A stretch of DNA of 64,000 nt from Octopus vulgaris (lineage: Eukaryota): NCBI GenBank assembly GCA_951406725.2, contig OX597820.1:40052001-40116000 (forward strand), in the 5' to 3' direction. Positions 50,975-64,000 of this stretch are shown here, piece after piece. Numbering within the stretch: the stretch's first letter is position 1; the number at the start of each line of letters is the position of its first letter. Position numbers and translations under genes: made by a program. The notes beneath the pieces are model-generated. The model made no database searches. It was given only the letters and a program-made list of their open reading frames with translations, and was not told the DNA's origin.

Positions 50975-52219
50975 ATAATGAGAGAGAACAGCTCACAAAG
51001 AGAGGAGAACAGTGGGGGACGCAGAGAAAAGACAGAGAATTAAACAGAGTGTAGAATGAAAGTGAAAGCAACGATAATTGAAGTGGCTGAGAGAACATCA
51101 ACCATAATCGGCCCTTATTCAGTATTCTAGCAAGGTAGAATCGACACAGTTAAAGCACAACCATAAAATCTAACCTGGTATTGATGTCTTCGGGAAAAGT
51201 CTTTAGTCAGGCTTATACGTTAATTTGTTTTCTTCGATTCTAAGTTGAAAGTTTTCATTTATATGCTTCAGTATTTTCTTTCTTTTGCTTTCGTTTGTAT
51301 TATTTTCCTTCTATCATGCATATTTCTCATTTTACCTCACATTCTGAGTTTTGTATTTACTTCGGTACATCATAGTCTTTAGATGCTTTCTTTATTCAAC
51401 CGAGGCTCATAGTTGCAGAAACTTGGAAATATATGTTTCACATACATTCATACATACATACGTACATACATACATGCGTATAAATGTATACGTCTATACA
51501 TGTAAATATAAGTATATATTATATAAATATACGTGTATAGATAAGTGCACATTATTATGCATATATCCTTCTGTATTTGTGTGTGTGTGTGTTTATAATA
51601 TGGGTTAGTTATAAGTGTTCTCTATATAGAATACACTTCAAGGTGCTCAAGTTATTTGAACTTGAGCCGGGAGTTAGGTAAGTTAGGTAAGTCGATTTAC
51701 ATGGAATATTAAATATATTTAATAGAAAAAATGTACATGTGTATGGATATACAATAGTCCGACTTACAGAATATAAACAATATCAGGAGTTAAATATTTA
51801 TCCTTGCTATTATGCAAAAGTGTCGTAAGTTCAAAACATTGATTTTTCAGAAAGCGAAGAAATAGTTTCACCATTCTATTTCTTTTTACATTACCAACTG
51901 CTTCAGTTTAACAATAATACTTTGTTGGGTTCACAAAATCGTAACTCCATGCATAGATGATATTTTCTGTCAGAAATATTTTTGCAAAACATTTGTATGT
52001 GTGTCTTACTACACTTTTGAAAAGTGCTAAACCGTTGTACTACACTTTGACAATTTCCATATCTTCGCATCTGAAGCAGCTGGAGATACGATAGTTTGGC
52101 CAAAAGAACCGGCTGTTGGAAGCAAAATTAAATACTGAAAAAAAGAAAACCCGCATATGGCCAAATTTGGACATGCGACAGTTTAAAATGATAGCAATGT
52201 TATATATATTACAAGTGTC

Positions 52220-53200
52220 ACTATATGCGACTAGGGTGCTAGAAAGCTCCTACAATAAGAGCTAAACCGCTCTGATGCTGTAGTTAACGAACTGAGTGAT
52301 TCTAGCACCCCCTCAGACTTCTTGACAATCTTGGAGATGTGGATTGTCCTACGCAGATCGTTGTTTACAATAATGTCCAGTTCACGGCTGCTAGAAGACT
52401 TTATGAGAATGGTGTTGCTGAGAGAATATGCAAAGGCTGGATTTTCCCTACCAAAATGCATGTTCATGCACTTGCCCACAATTGGCTTGAGTTGCTAGTC
52501 AGAGACCCATTGCTGCATTATATACATATCTGATTGCAGAAAAGATCTATGGCGCAATGGATCTGATCTTTTTTATTTCGAGGTACAGCTTGATATCATC
52601 TGCATATTTCAGCTCTGTAACATTCCTCAAGTTTGCATCTATATCATTAATAAATGCAACAAACAGTAGGATTCCAAGAAGGAATCCCTGTGGCACACCA
52701 GATGTCACATAGTAGAGGGAAGAATGATATCATAGGATAGTAACGACCTCTTTCCGACCGAGAATGAAAGATTTCAGTCAGTTATAGAAATAATCTTTCA
52801 CAGTCATTGCAGAAAAGTTTACCATAAGCCACTTGTGTGACACAGAGTTGAAAGCATTATCAAAATCAATATAAATAGCATCCACCCGTGAGCTTCCATC
52901 AGTAACTTGGGTGATGTCCTCAAGAAACTCGATGAGTTGACTACAGCAGCTGGAGTTAGGGCTAAAACCTAATTGTGATGATCAAATAAAGCTGTGAGAG
53001 ATCCGAAATTTCAAGAATGTTTCTCTACACAGGACTCCATCAGTTTGGCGATGCAACCAGTAAGGCTGACTGGACAGTAGTTGTCAGGTGATGTGCAATC
53101 ACATTTTTTGAACTTGGGAACGACACTGGCAATTTTCCAATGCTCTGAAGTGGCTCAGTTGTTAAGGCAGAAGTGAAAAAAAGAAGAAAGCTGGTGCAAT
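52220..53200 (-). pseudogene. CR1/L2-group LINE RT fragment, decayed
   Basis: WKIASVVPKFKK..DNYCPVSLT..IYIDFDNAFNSV..SGVPQG..KYADDIKL..KCMNMHFG. Confidence 0.85.
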
Positions 53201-53229
53201 ATGCGTGCAATATGTGTGTGTTTGTATGT

Positions 53230-53260
<31 letters not shown>

Positions 53261-53384
53261 GATGTGGGCATAAGTATGCGTATATTCATATGTATATGTG
53301 TCTGTGTGTATAGATTTATGTGAATATCTATCTATCTATCTACCTACCTACCTACCTACCTACCTATACACATATATGTGTGCG

Positions 53385-53457
<73 letters not shown>

Positions 53458-53459
<2 letters not shown>

Positions 53460-53871
53460 TCTTTACTCTTTACTCTTTTACTTGTTTCAGCCATTTGACC
53501 GCGGCCATGCTGGAGCACCGCCTTTAGTCGAGCAAATCGACCCCGGGACTTATTCTTTGTAAGCCCAGTACTTATTCTATCGGTCTCTTTTGCCGAACCG
53601 CTAAGTGACAGGGACGTAAACACACCAGCATCGGTTGTCAAGCAATGCTAGGGGGACAAACACAGACACACAAACATATACACACACACTTATATATATA
53701 TATATACATATATACGACAGGCTTCTTTCAGTTTCCGTCTACCAAATCCACTCACAAGGCATTGGTCGGCCCGGGGCTATAGCAGAAGACACTTGCCTAA
53801 GATGCCACGCAGTGGGACTGAACCCGGAACCATGTGGTTGGTTAGCAAGCTACTTACCACACAGCCACTCC
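53458..53871 (-). mobile_element. SINE family A, near full length
   Basis: Highly similar to 13352-13755. Confidence 0.9.
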
Positions 53872-56345
53872 TATATATATATATACTGAGAGAGAGGAGA
53901 AAGGAGAGACAGGGAGGGCGAGATAGATAAATAAATAAATAGATGGATGGATAGATAAATAAATGAGTGTGTGTTTATTGATGAACACTCCGACACAGGG
54001 ATGTACATGTACGCTTCAAACACACACACGCGCACACAAATATAAACTTCCATACTTTTATATGCGTATCTATTTGTGTGTGCGTGTGTGCGTGTTTGTG
54101 TGTGTGTATGTGTGTGTGTATGTGTGTGTGTGTTATTTCAGTTTGTATTTGGAAATCCATTTATGCATTAGTCACTTCAGGGACCTCATTACAGAAAGTT
54201 CCAAAAGACAACATCCTTCGATCAATGCTTTCAATGGAATTGACCTCGAGGGAGTGTAAGTACTGCGCTATCTAAGTTAGACTCTGAAAGTTTACGAAAG
54301 TCTATCCTCAGAACTCGCTTGCTTCGAATTCGGCTATCTTTTAACAACTTTAAATCACTAATGTAAAAGTGTATGACATCAAAGTTCATCACAAGACAGA
54401 CATGCCACTTTTTTCCAACGAAAATTTGACTGGAGTTTATTTCCATCTGTCATTCCTGCAATAGTAGAGCTTTAATAGTGCCAATGCTTTCCTTCCTTCC
54501 GTCAAATAGCACACAAATGTGCAATTATATATTTTCCAATGATTAAAAGTTTGTGCATTCGCGTTTAAGTTGATGGCAGTTACAACGCCTTCCAGCTTTT
54601 ATAATATATAAATCTTGAAAATTTTGTGAACGCCTTGCCATACATATCTCTGATTTCAGCTGCTTTTCGTGTTCAGGAATCTCATACAGTTAAGTTACAG
54701 GAGTGATCTTAGGCATGAAAATTGTAATTAATAACGACGATCTATCTATTTGTCCTCAGTTGCATTTTCACCATCCTTCCTCACAGAAATGTTCTTGTTA
54801 TGCATATGACTGTATCGTTGATATTCCCTCTCCATGCAAACAACACACATCATCCAGTATCTAGTTAGATTTTCGCAAACACCAACGCAAAGTAACAATG
54901 TAAGATTCCCCTCAACACACACACACACACACACACACCACCACCACCACCATCACACTGTATTTGGAATCAGAAATTATGCAAGATTTGTTTTGGCGAT
55001 TTTAAAATGTATATTTGAAGATAATTTCGAGAAATCGATACCAGATTAAATATATTTATATATATATATGATTTTAAAAAATAATGATTCGTATAACCGA
55101 ATTCCTAAATCGTATTTAAGACATAGATCTTGATGATTTTAGAATTGTGATGAAAACTTCTATAGAATTAGGATCCCATTGCTATCTCTAATGATGGACT
55201 AAAATATGGGTCTTAGTTGTTTATGGTTAGAAGCATAGGGGAATTAATTACATAAATAACATTGTAGAGCATGCATAAAAATAATTTATTGAGAAATAGA
55301 AAACCAACAGGTAAGCAAAACATCAACCTTTACAGATTAAGATTCAATATCTAGAGTAAATCACTACAGAAATATTAATGCTTTCTTCAGCAGTATGCAT
55401 ATCTCATAATATGGCTTTGGTAGCATATTGCTTAGAGAAAACATTCTGAATGAATAAAAATACAACAGTGCTCTTAAATATACCTGAAATCTGATTAGAA
55501 ACGTTTCTCTTTACTTCTCCGTCTTTTAGAATAATATAATAGTTTCAAGCTCATTATTTTTCATATTTGAGATACGTACCTACGGTAATGTCATATAGTC
55601 TCTACGACGATAATCAGAAGTAAGCAAGTGTTTCTATTGAAAAAGCTTACAGTAGCAACACAGAAAAAAACGCAGTTGTGGGCACACAAAAACGAAACAA
55701 AATTAATCATGTTAATAAATATAAGTTAATTATATCTATCAACACAAATATAATGGCATAATTTAAAAGCGAATTGATAAAATTACCACTGATATTGTAC
55801 CACCATGGCCTTTAACAGATAAGTGACAAAAAAAAATCTGTGACTTAGAATGCAGAAATGAAGAAACTGAAACACATTTTAGATACAATAATATACATTA
55901 AACTTTAATGTATAATGAATTTAGTGACAAAACTAATTGTGTTTAAAGAAGGCAACGCTGAATGTCGTGCCCTTCCTCGACATGTAAGAAAAAGCGGTAT
56001 GTATGTATCTATCTATTTTTTCATTCCTTTATGCTTCCCATCATTCAGTTATCTTCTATGTATAAGCATATGAAGGTCTCCATGTGTTTGAAGTGTGTGT
56101 CACTGCTAGGTTAAATGTGTGTGTGTGTGTGAGAAGCAGTAGATACGCCTACGTACATGTTATATATTATGCAAAGCAATGAGTATATTCCTTTGCATTA
56201 CGTGCATTGATCAACGAAGTCATATGTATATATATCTAGTTCCTTATACTCACACGCTGACACAAATATTCGTGTCCGTGTATGTCCTAGTGAGTGCGTA
56301 TGTTTTTATGAGTGTACATACTTATTTATCAATATATATATACAT

Positions 56346-56409
<64 letters not shown>

Positions 56410-56986
56410 GTATATGTACACAACGCACACACACGGATGTACAGATATGTACATGTACGTATAGGTATAATTATGTATACGTGAAAGTGTATTTCGAAAA
56501 TTATGCATATATATTTGCATACATCCATACAGAGATAGGCTAATGTACGCAGATATGCTATAAATATATGAGGACGCTACTAAGTATGAATTTAAAATTT
56601 GTTATATATTTTATGTGTCTAAAATTTTAATCGACATTCGTTCCTGTTGAAAGCTTCCTAATGCCGCACTGGGAATTCTTCCGGCATTATACATTTGTCT
56701 TCTGCAGAAGATTTATTTCGATATTTCTAACATGCATGGAAATGTAACAGCGCTCTAGATGGCAGTAAGGGGCGAGATTGTGCTGGTTAGGGTTGGACCT
56801 ATTGTCAAAGAGAACATGCACGAAGAAGTGTACAATATTTATAAGATACGAAGCTTCCACCATAAATCCATAACACAGGAAATGGTTGGACTGCTTCGTA
56901 AACACGCTGTTGTTCATTGAATGCATTGACTTCAATCGATAATTTTTAGTAGTGTGTTTGTGTATGTGTGTCTATCAATATGTGGT

Positions 56987-57022
<36 letters not shown>

Positions 57023-57879
57023 TATGCGGTTGCGTGTGTGTATGTGTGTGCCTTTAACTTTGAAATCTCAGATATCATGTATAGTAATTTCCCTTTCTCA
57101 ACTATGTACAATATATTGAGACTGGAGTCCGTTCTTAGAATTGTTAGTTTGAATCTATTAAATGTGTCGAATATCTTACTGTTTATAAAATATTTCTCTT
57201 TTCTTCACACATCGTGCCATTCCATTCATTTCGCACGTCTCTCCCAGCCTCTATCTCCGTTTCTCTCAATCCTCTGCTCTTATTCTAATAGATACATTTA
57301 TACTCACACATATCTATACATATTATACGTGTGTGTGTGTGTGCGTGTGTGTATGTTTATGTGTTTATCTTTGATTCTCTCGAAATATTATTGGCTGCAG
57401 TGTTTAGATTGTGCCCAAGTTTGTGTGCTGCCATCAAGAATGTTGTTCTCTATATCGAACACAATGCATTTTCTGGTACATACTTTATAAACAACATCAT
57501 ATAGGAAAGCAAATTTTACATTTGTTTAAAGTATACAACGGTTATAAAAAATGTGTGTGTGCGTGAGTGTATTTTTCTCTGTGGCCACGTGTTTATATAT
57601 ACGCGTGGATGCGTGCACGTGTCTAGATAGTGAAGAGATTTGTTGTATAAGTGAAGAATGGATACTAAACACATAGTATGTTTTCTATATTTTAGTACTG
57701 TATATGCCAAACTCATTGCCAAATTTTCATACAATTCAGAACCAGAAACAGTGGGATAACATTTATGCAAAAACGCACCGAAATATGGTTAGTTATCGAG
57801 ATTTACTAGATTGGTATTGATATCCTGTGTTCTTGCGCAGTAATCAGATTTCTTCATTCCTTTTACATATTTCACATTT

Positions 57880-58275
57880 AGGCGCAAGAGAAGCTGTGTG
57901 GTAAGAAGTGTGTTTCCCAGTTACATGGTTCCAGGTTCACTCCCACTCCGTGGCTCCTTGGCTAAGTGTTTCCTACTATATCACCGGGCCGACCAAAGCC
58001 TTGTGAGTGGATTTGATGGATAGCAACTAAATGAACCCCGTCGAATATATATGTGTGGGTGTGTTTGTCGGCGTGTCTTTGTGTCAGTGTTTGTCCCCCA
58101 CCACCGCGTGACTACCGGTGTTGGTGTATTGACGTCCCTGCGAAATAGAACGATGGAATAAGTACCTATCTTTAAAAAAATATATGCATCGAGACTGATT
58201 CAGTCGACTAAAAGTTCTTCTTCTAAAAGCGGTGTTCCAGCATGGCCGCAGTTTAATGACTGAAACAAATAAAAT
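57880..58275 (+). mobile_element. SINE family A, diverged
   Basis: GCTGTGTGGTAAGAAG..GGCCGACCAAAGCCTTGTGAGTGGATTTG..CCAGCATGGCCGCAGTTTAATGACTGAAAC. Confidence 0.85.
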
Positions 58276-58400
58276 ATGAAAAATAGATAATATTCACTTT
58301 CTTTTCAGAGAAGCATAACCATCTCGTGTGAATGGCTATGTGATTATGAAGCATTTCTGAGGATTCTTCAATATTAGTACCTGGTCGATTAATCTTCATC

Positions 58401-58443
58401 ATTCCTGGCTTCCACCCAGGCGGTTCGATTCCCGGCATGGGAA
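58401..58443 (+). pseudogene. tRNA-Glu-derived 3' fragment
   Basis: ATTCCTGG-CTTCCAC-CCAGGCGG..TTCGATTCCCGGCATGGGAA matches the eukaryotic tRNA-Glu 3' part; 5' part missing, ~6-nt deletion; T7 run at 58450-58456. Confidence 0.75.
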
Positions 58444-60708
58444 CGCTAATTTTTTTGAATGGCGGTGCTCCAGCATGGTCATAACTTGAAGGTCATAACT
58501 TTGTCGTGCAAGTAGATGTATTATGGCAGGCAGCCAGAGACATCGTGGTTATACGTTCTTCTATACTTACACATATTCTGAAGTTACATTCTGTATTCTG
58601 CATTCTTTATTTCAGCGATTTCTGGAAGTCGACTTTGGATCTTGTACCAGAATAAAAATGCTTCAGTTTCAGGTTTGACTCCTATTCTTCTAAAAACATG
58701 TTGCCGATCTTGTCTGCATGCCCTGAGCTCAACATTTCTGTTATTGACAATTTAATTTCCTTTTTGTTATTAAAATTGAAACATACTATACGATAGTCAT
58801 ATTATTCTCTTAAATTGTAACACGCTTGCATTTCCTGGTGCTGATTCAATCTGTGTTTTATATATGTTAGCTTCGTCGAAGACAGAAAACAGTTCTGTTC
58901 GTGTTTCGTAACTCCCTAATATTTTCTATTACTCTTTACTGGATATTTTTATGGTTGAGCATTTGATATTATATAATAGTTACTTCTTGCATAATGTTCA
59001 TAACTCTTTCTATCGGTGGTAAATATAATCTTTCTATATCAGATTTTGGGTATATAAGATTGGTGGTATATTCTACGCTCACCATGCCATTAGTAAATTC
59101 TCCATAATTCCAAAGAGCGAGGGGATCTCGTTGGTTCACTTAATCTGCTCCCTGAAATTATATACAGCCATCTCGAAATGTAGTAACGTATTATAATACA
59201 ATCTTAAACTGGATGTGCTTTACGCGATGAACAATGGTATAAACATGACTGGAACATGTTTAATCTGATTCATTCCAATGTAGATTGATTTGAGGTCAAA
59301 GCAAAAGCACCAACGTTTTCTTCAAACTTAATAAAGAATCTAGAAAATGTATAACCTAATGAAAATCTAATATACAAGCTGTTCTTACTATTTTTTTCTA
59401 ACTTATTGCTTTCTTCTGCGCTTAATTATAAATGATAATAGCTAACAAAAGTTTAAAATTGAAACAAATTATAACATTGTTTCTAATTTTATTGTTTGTG
59501 CAAACATAATAACCAGTATTACGTCTGATACTAATACTTTTCTTAAAAATTATTCATCTAGTAGCTAATTCTTTTCCTTTAAAACCGACAAGTCTGTTAG
59601 TTAAAACAGTTTTGTGTGTATGTGTGAGTGTACGTGGGTGTGTAAAATCGCTCCTCTTAAAATACTTTTGATATCACAAAAACATTTGAAGAAAGTGAGA
59701 CGGCTGTAAATAAATTCCTCAGGTATATTCTTCAGCACTAACAATAGTGAGACGCTGAAATGATGGTCTCACACGTATTGGTTTACATTGTGCTCATAGA
59801 GATTGACACTCGCCCTTTCTCAGAAATCCCGAGGGAAAGCCTAGCGGTCTAAGATGACGGCAAATAGCTGGGTAAGAAATGCAGTGTTAATATGAGTACC
59901 AAAGTTGTACATCTCCTCAGAAGATATATTTTCTGCACCAAAGGTTTCACTGCTTGTAAATTTAACCTTTTATGTAATTGGCTCAACTTCACAATGATGT
60001 TATTCTTAAATAGCTGAGAGAGGATAAGCATATGAAATTAAGAATCCATGTTGTGTCCTGAACCTTATAAAATTCCATGCGTACTGACAGTGCGACGTAG
60101 AGTCTGATGTGTGCAATCGGATTTGTGTAGGCAGTGGTAGAAGTCGTTGAGAAGGGATAAATGTATGTTACGTGTTTGTTATTGATTCAGTTTTTGTAGT
60201 ATTATAACACTGTTACAGTGTAGTCTATATCCAAACTCAAGGATATAAGAGTCTCAATACCCCCGCATTTTTGACACAGTCGTCAAATAGGGTTCAGTGG
60301 TAATTGTTGACGGGCAGAAATTCTGAATTTGCGGAGTATAGACTGCCTGCGCTAGTAAATAGGCATACATACATACATAGTACATACATACATACATACA
60401 TACATACATACATACACACATACATACATAGGTATACGAGTGTATGTATTTATATACATGTATATATATAGTTTACAAAATAAATATAAGAGAGTGGCGT
60501 GAAACCTTTTGGATTAACTGGTGCTAAGTGATCAATATAGTGTGAAATATTATAATATGTTATAAAATATTATAATAATCCAGGTTTCTCGTGCACTAGG
60601 CCACTTGGTGTGGAATAAATATACTATTAAATTAGTATCTAATTCTCTCACCCTTATTAATTAATTATTTATATATATGTTTATATATATATGTGTGTGT
60701 GTGTTTGT

Positions 60709-60743
<35 letters not shown>

Positions 60744-61499
60744 TATGTGTTTTTGTGTGTGTGTTTGTCTTTGTGTGTGCATACACAGATTATGTTAAAG
60801 ACATGATTATATTCGGTATTCGGAGACTTAACTCAGTTCTACAGGGTTTTCAGATTTCTTTGCTCTTCCTTTATGGTTTATTTGAAGTAATAGCGTTCCG
60901 AAATCTATTATCGCTTCATCATGTCTGTCACATCCTTTGGCTAGCATTATATTGATGTAGTCGAGTTATTAATGCGCTTAGTTGTAGACCGCAAAATATC
61001 ATGGAAATACTATTGTAATTCCCGAAAATCAGCAACATTTGATTTCACTTTTAAAGAAAAAACTCAGTAAAAAATAGTGGTAATAGCTACTATGGAGTCT
61101 TTACTAAAAGTAAAATACTAACGAAAATTCAATATAGACATAACACTCATGAAATAACCTTTAAAATATATCAAGTGTTAACTGTTAGCTGAATAATTTA
61201 AATGAAATAATTTCTTGCGCTGAGGATTATATCAGTTATGATAGAACTCCCATGAAAGCTTGCGATCCATTAAATATATCGCGAACATATCATACAACTG
61301 TTGTGATTATATATAGAAATACAATTACATATACTATACAGGTGACAATAATGGAGCATGACTCTCACTCTTGTAAAACTGTAAAGTTGTAAAAATTGCA
61401 AATAATAAAACAGGAAAATCAAACTAATTTGGAATTTCATTGATTAATATATTCTTCAGCATACAATCCTACAAAATCGGATATATATAGTGTTATATA

Positions 61500-61966
61500 T
61501 ATAGTGTTATCCCTATTAGAAGACACAACATACTATGAAAAGAGCCAACGCTACAGTCAGCAGAAAATAATGAGAAGCCCAAAACTCTGATAAACCTATA
61601 CCGAGAAGGCCTCACCGACAATGTATACGAACATATGACTAATTTTGATGGGTTGTAGCTACTTCTATTTCTGGCTAACGATTAGTCCTCGTTGTATTTG
61701 TCGTATAGTTCCTCAGCGAGTCGTAATTTTCTAAAGAATTCCGCAACATCTTTCATTTCGTTGTAGTTGGACGTTGGGCGGAAGGAGTAAATTTGAGCCC
61801 TTTCGAGAGTATGTTGATTTTGTCTGGTGTTAGCTCTTTGACAGTTATATTGATGACTTTTATAACTTTTGGTTTCTCCTCTATGTCTGGTGCTATCCCG
61901 TATCCCCGTGTTTGTGTAGTGCCCTGTTGTGATTCATGGTGTGGGTTCTTGGATGAAGATTGAGTA

Positions 61967-62019
<53 letters not shown>

Positions 62020-62064
62020 TATATATGTGTGTGTGTATATATATATACATATATATATGTATAT

Positions 62065-62161
<97 letters not shown>

Positions 62162-62345
62162 ATATATATCTATATCTATATCTATCTGTCTATCCTATCA
62201 ATTTTTACGGTATTCCTAAGATGCGTAAAAGTGAAAAATAAGTAACGCATGCTGAGGAGCCACAGACATAATAGTCAAGGTAACTCCACCTAATGACCTC
62301 AAATTAATTCATATTATATATCCCGATTTTCTTTGAATCGGTAAC
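61500..62345. mobile_element. Rearranged Penelope-like N-terminal/RT fragments
   Basis: Plus strand LLEDTTYYEK..HMTNFD (61510-61650) and [11 protein letters not shown] (~62200); minus strand VINITVKELT..ILSKGLKFTP..LRLAEE (61650-61890). Confidence 0.7.
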
Positions 62346-62710
62346 ATGCCGGGGACAAAATGCTTAGTTCAAATTCCACCGAGGTCGACTTTGCCTTTCA
62401 TCTTTTCGAGGTTGATAAAATAACTGAATTATGCACTGGGGTCGATATCATCTGCTAAAACCCTTCCACATAAATTGCAGGCATTGTGCCAAAAATATTT
62501 GAGATCATCATTAAAGATGTTTCTGATTTAATAATAATTATTTATTTAGTAAGAAAGCCAGCAAAATGTGATCTTAGTAGTAGAATGGTGCCTTCCTTCA
62601 CCTGTGCTTGAAGGAGAAAAATTAATGTTGGCCTCAGTTGGAATTTAACTCAGAATGTAAAAGCCGGAAAGAAAATCCCATAAAGCATTTTTCCGCCGAT
62701 CTGTTTACTG
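62345..62710. mobile_element. Two family C SINE pieces in opposite orientation
   Basis: AGTTCAAATTCCACCGAGGTCGACTTTGCCTTTCATC (plus); GGAATTTAACTCAGAATGTAAA..AAGCATTTT (minus). Confidence 0.65.
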
Positions 62711-62769
62711 TCACTTCGCAAATGATATGTAAAATGTTGGAACGTGAGTGAATATGTGAAGGTGCATGT

Positions 62770-63050
62770 GTCAGTGTTTTCTAGAGCGACGGGTTCACAA
62801 ACATGCGGCAGTGATTTCGATTCCCGGGCCGAGATGTGTGTTGTGTTCTTGAGCAAGTGACTTTCTTTCACGTTGCTCCAGTTCACTCACCTGTAGAAAT
62901 AAATTGCCACGTCACTAGTGCCAAGATGTATTAGCCTTTGCTTTTCCCTTGGATAATATCAGTGGCATGTAGAGGGGAGACTGATATGCTTCGGCGACTG
63001 CTGGTCTTCCATAAATATCGTTTGCCTTGATTTATGCCTTGGAGGGGAAG
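62770..63050 (+). mobile_element. Diverged tRNA-derived SINE (CORE-like)
   Basis: TTCGATTCCCGG..TTGTGTTCTTGAGCAAG..CTTTC..GCTCCAGTTCACTCA..GTAGAAAT. Confidence 0.55.
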
Positions 63051-63483
63051 TTTACCCTTTCACCCTGTAATACAAAAAAGAGGGTATACAGCGATATAAG
63101 GAATAGGAAGGGAAACGTGTAAGAGTAGAGAAATATACAAGTATATGAATGGAAAATTTGACAAAAGTGATCGAAAGATATAATTGTTTCTAATTTCGGC
63201 AAAAGTCCAGTTATTTTAAGGAAGGCTTGTTTATCAGTTAAAGTACTTGAGTGCTACTTTATTTAATGACATTAGAAGCTGAAAGGCAAAGATTATCAAA
63301 GTGCGATTTTTTCTTTATCTAGGAGGAAAGAATTCTGGACAAATACTGCAGGTAGTGCTGGAGCAATAATAAGGATTTCTTGTATAGTTATAAGGGCGGA
63401 AATCTGGTGGGAAAGTGAACAGCTCATTATAACTACATTAGTTGTCGATAGACTCTTCATTGTAGCAAGTCTGTTAAATTTTT

Positions 63484-64000
<517 letters not shown>

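Overview
Eukaryotic, AT-rich, repeat-dominated window with no recognisable host protein-coding exon. The dense (TA)n/(CA)n/(TATC)n/(TATG)n microsatellites and the SINE families look like a cephalopod (Octopus-like) intergenic or intronic region; this assignment is an inference. Most ORFs in the track are microsatellite artefacts. The real content is decayed transposons: Penelope-like elements (a Naiad-like endonuclease fragment with inverted pseudo-LTRs, a Neptune-like RT+GIY-YIG, other fragments), CR1/L2-group, RTE, R4-like and Tx1/L1-like LINE pieces, several Tc1/mariner elements (one full-length at 1280 bp), a mariner MITE, two non-autonomous Helitrons, a possible Academ relic, three tRNA-derived SINE families and a tRNA-Glu fragment. 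Most notable: (i) a ~1.96 kb L1/Tx1-like element with only an ORF1-like gene, inserted into a SINE head with a perfect 16-bp target-site duplication and carrying an array of covarying RNA stem-loops that resemble its own target site; (ii) several hammerhead-ribozyme-like motifs and foldback units linked to Penelope-like elements in (TA)n tracts. Everything was read by eye, so coordinates may be off by a few bases and family names need database confirmation.
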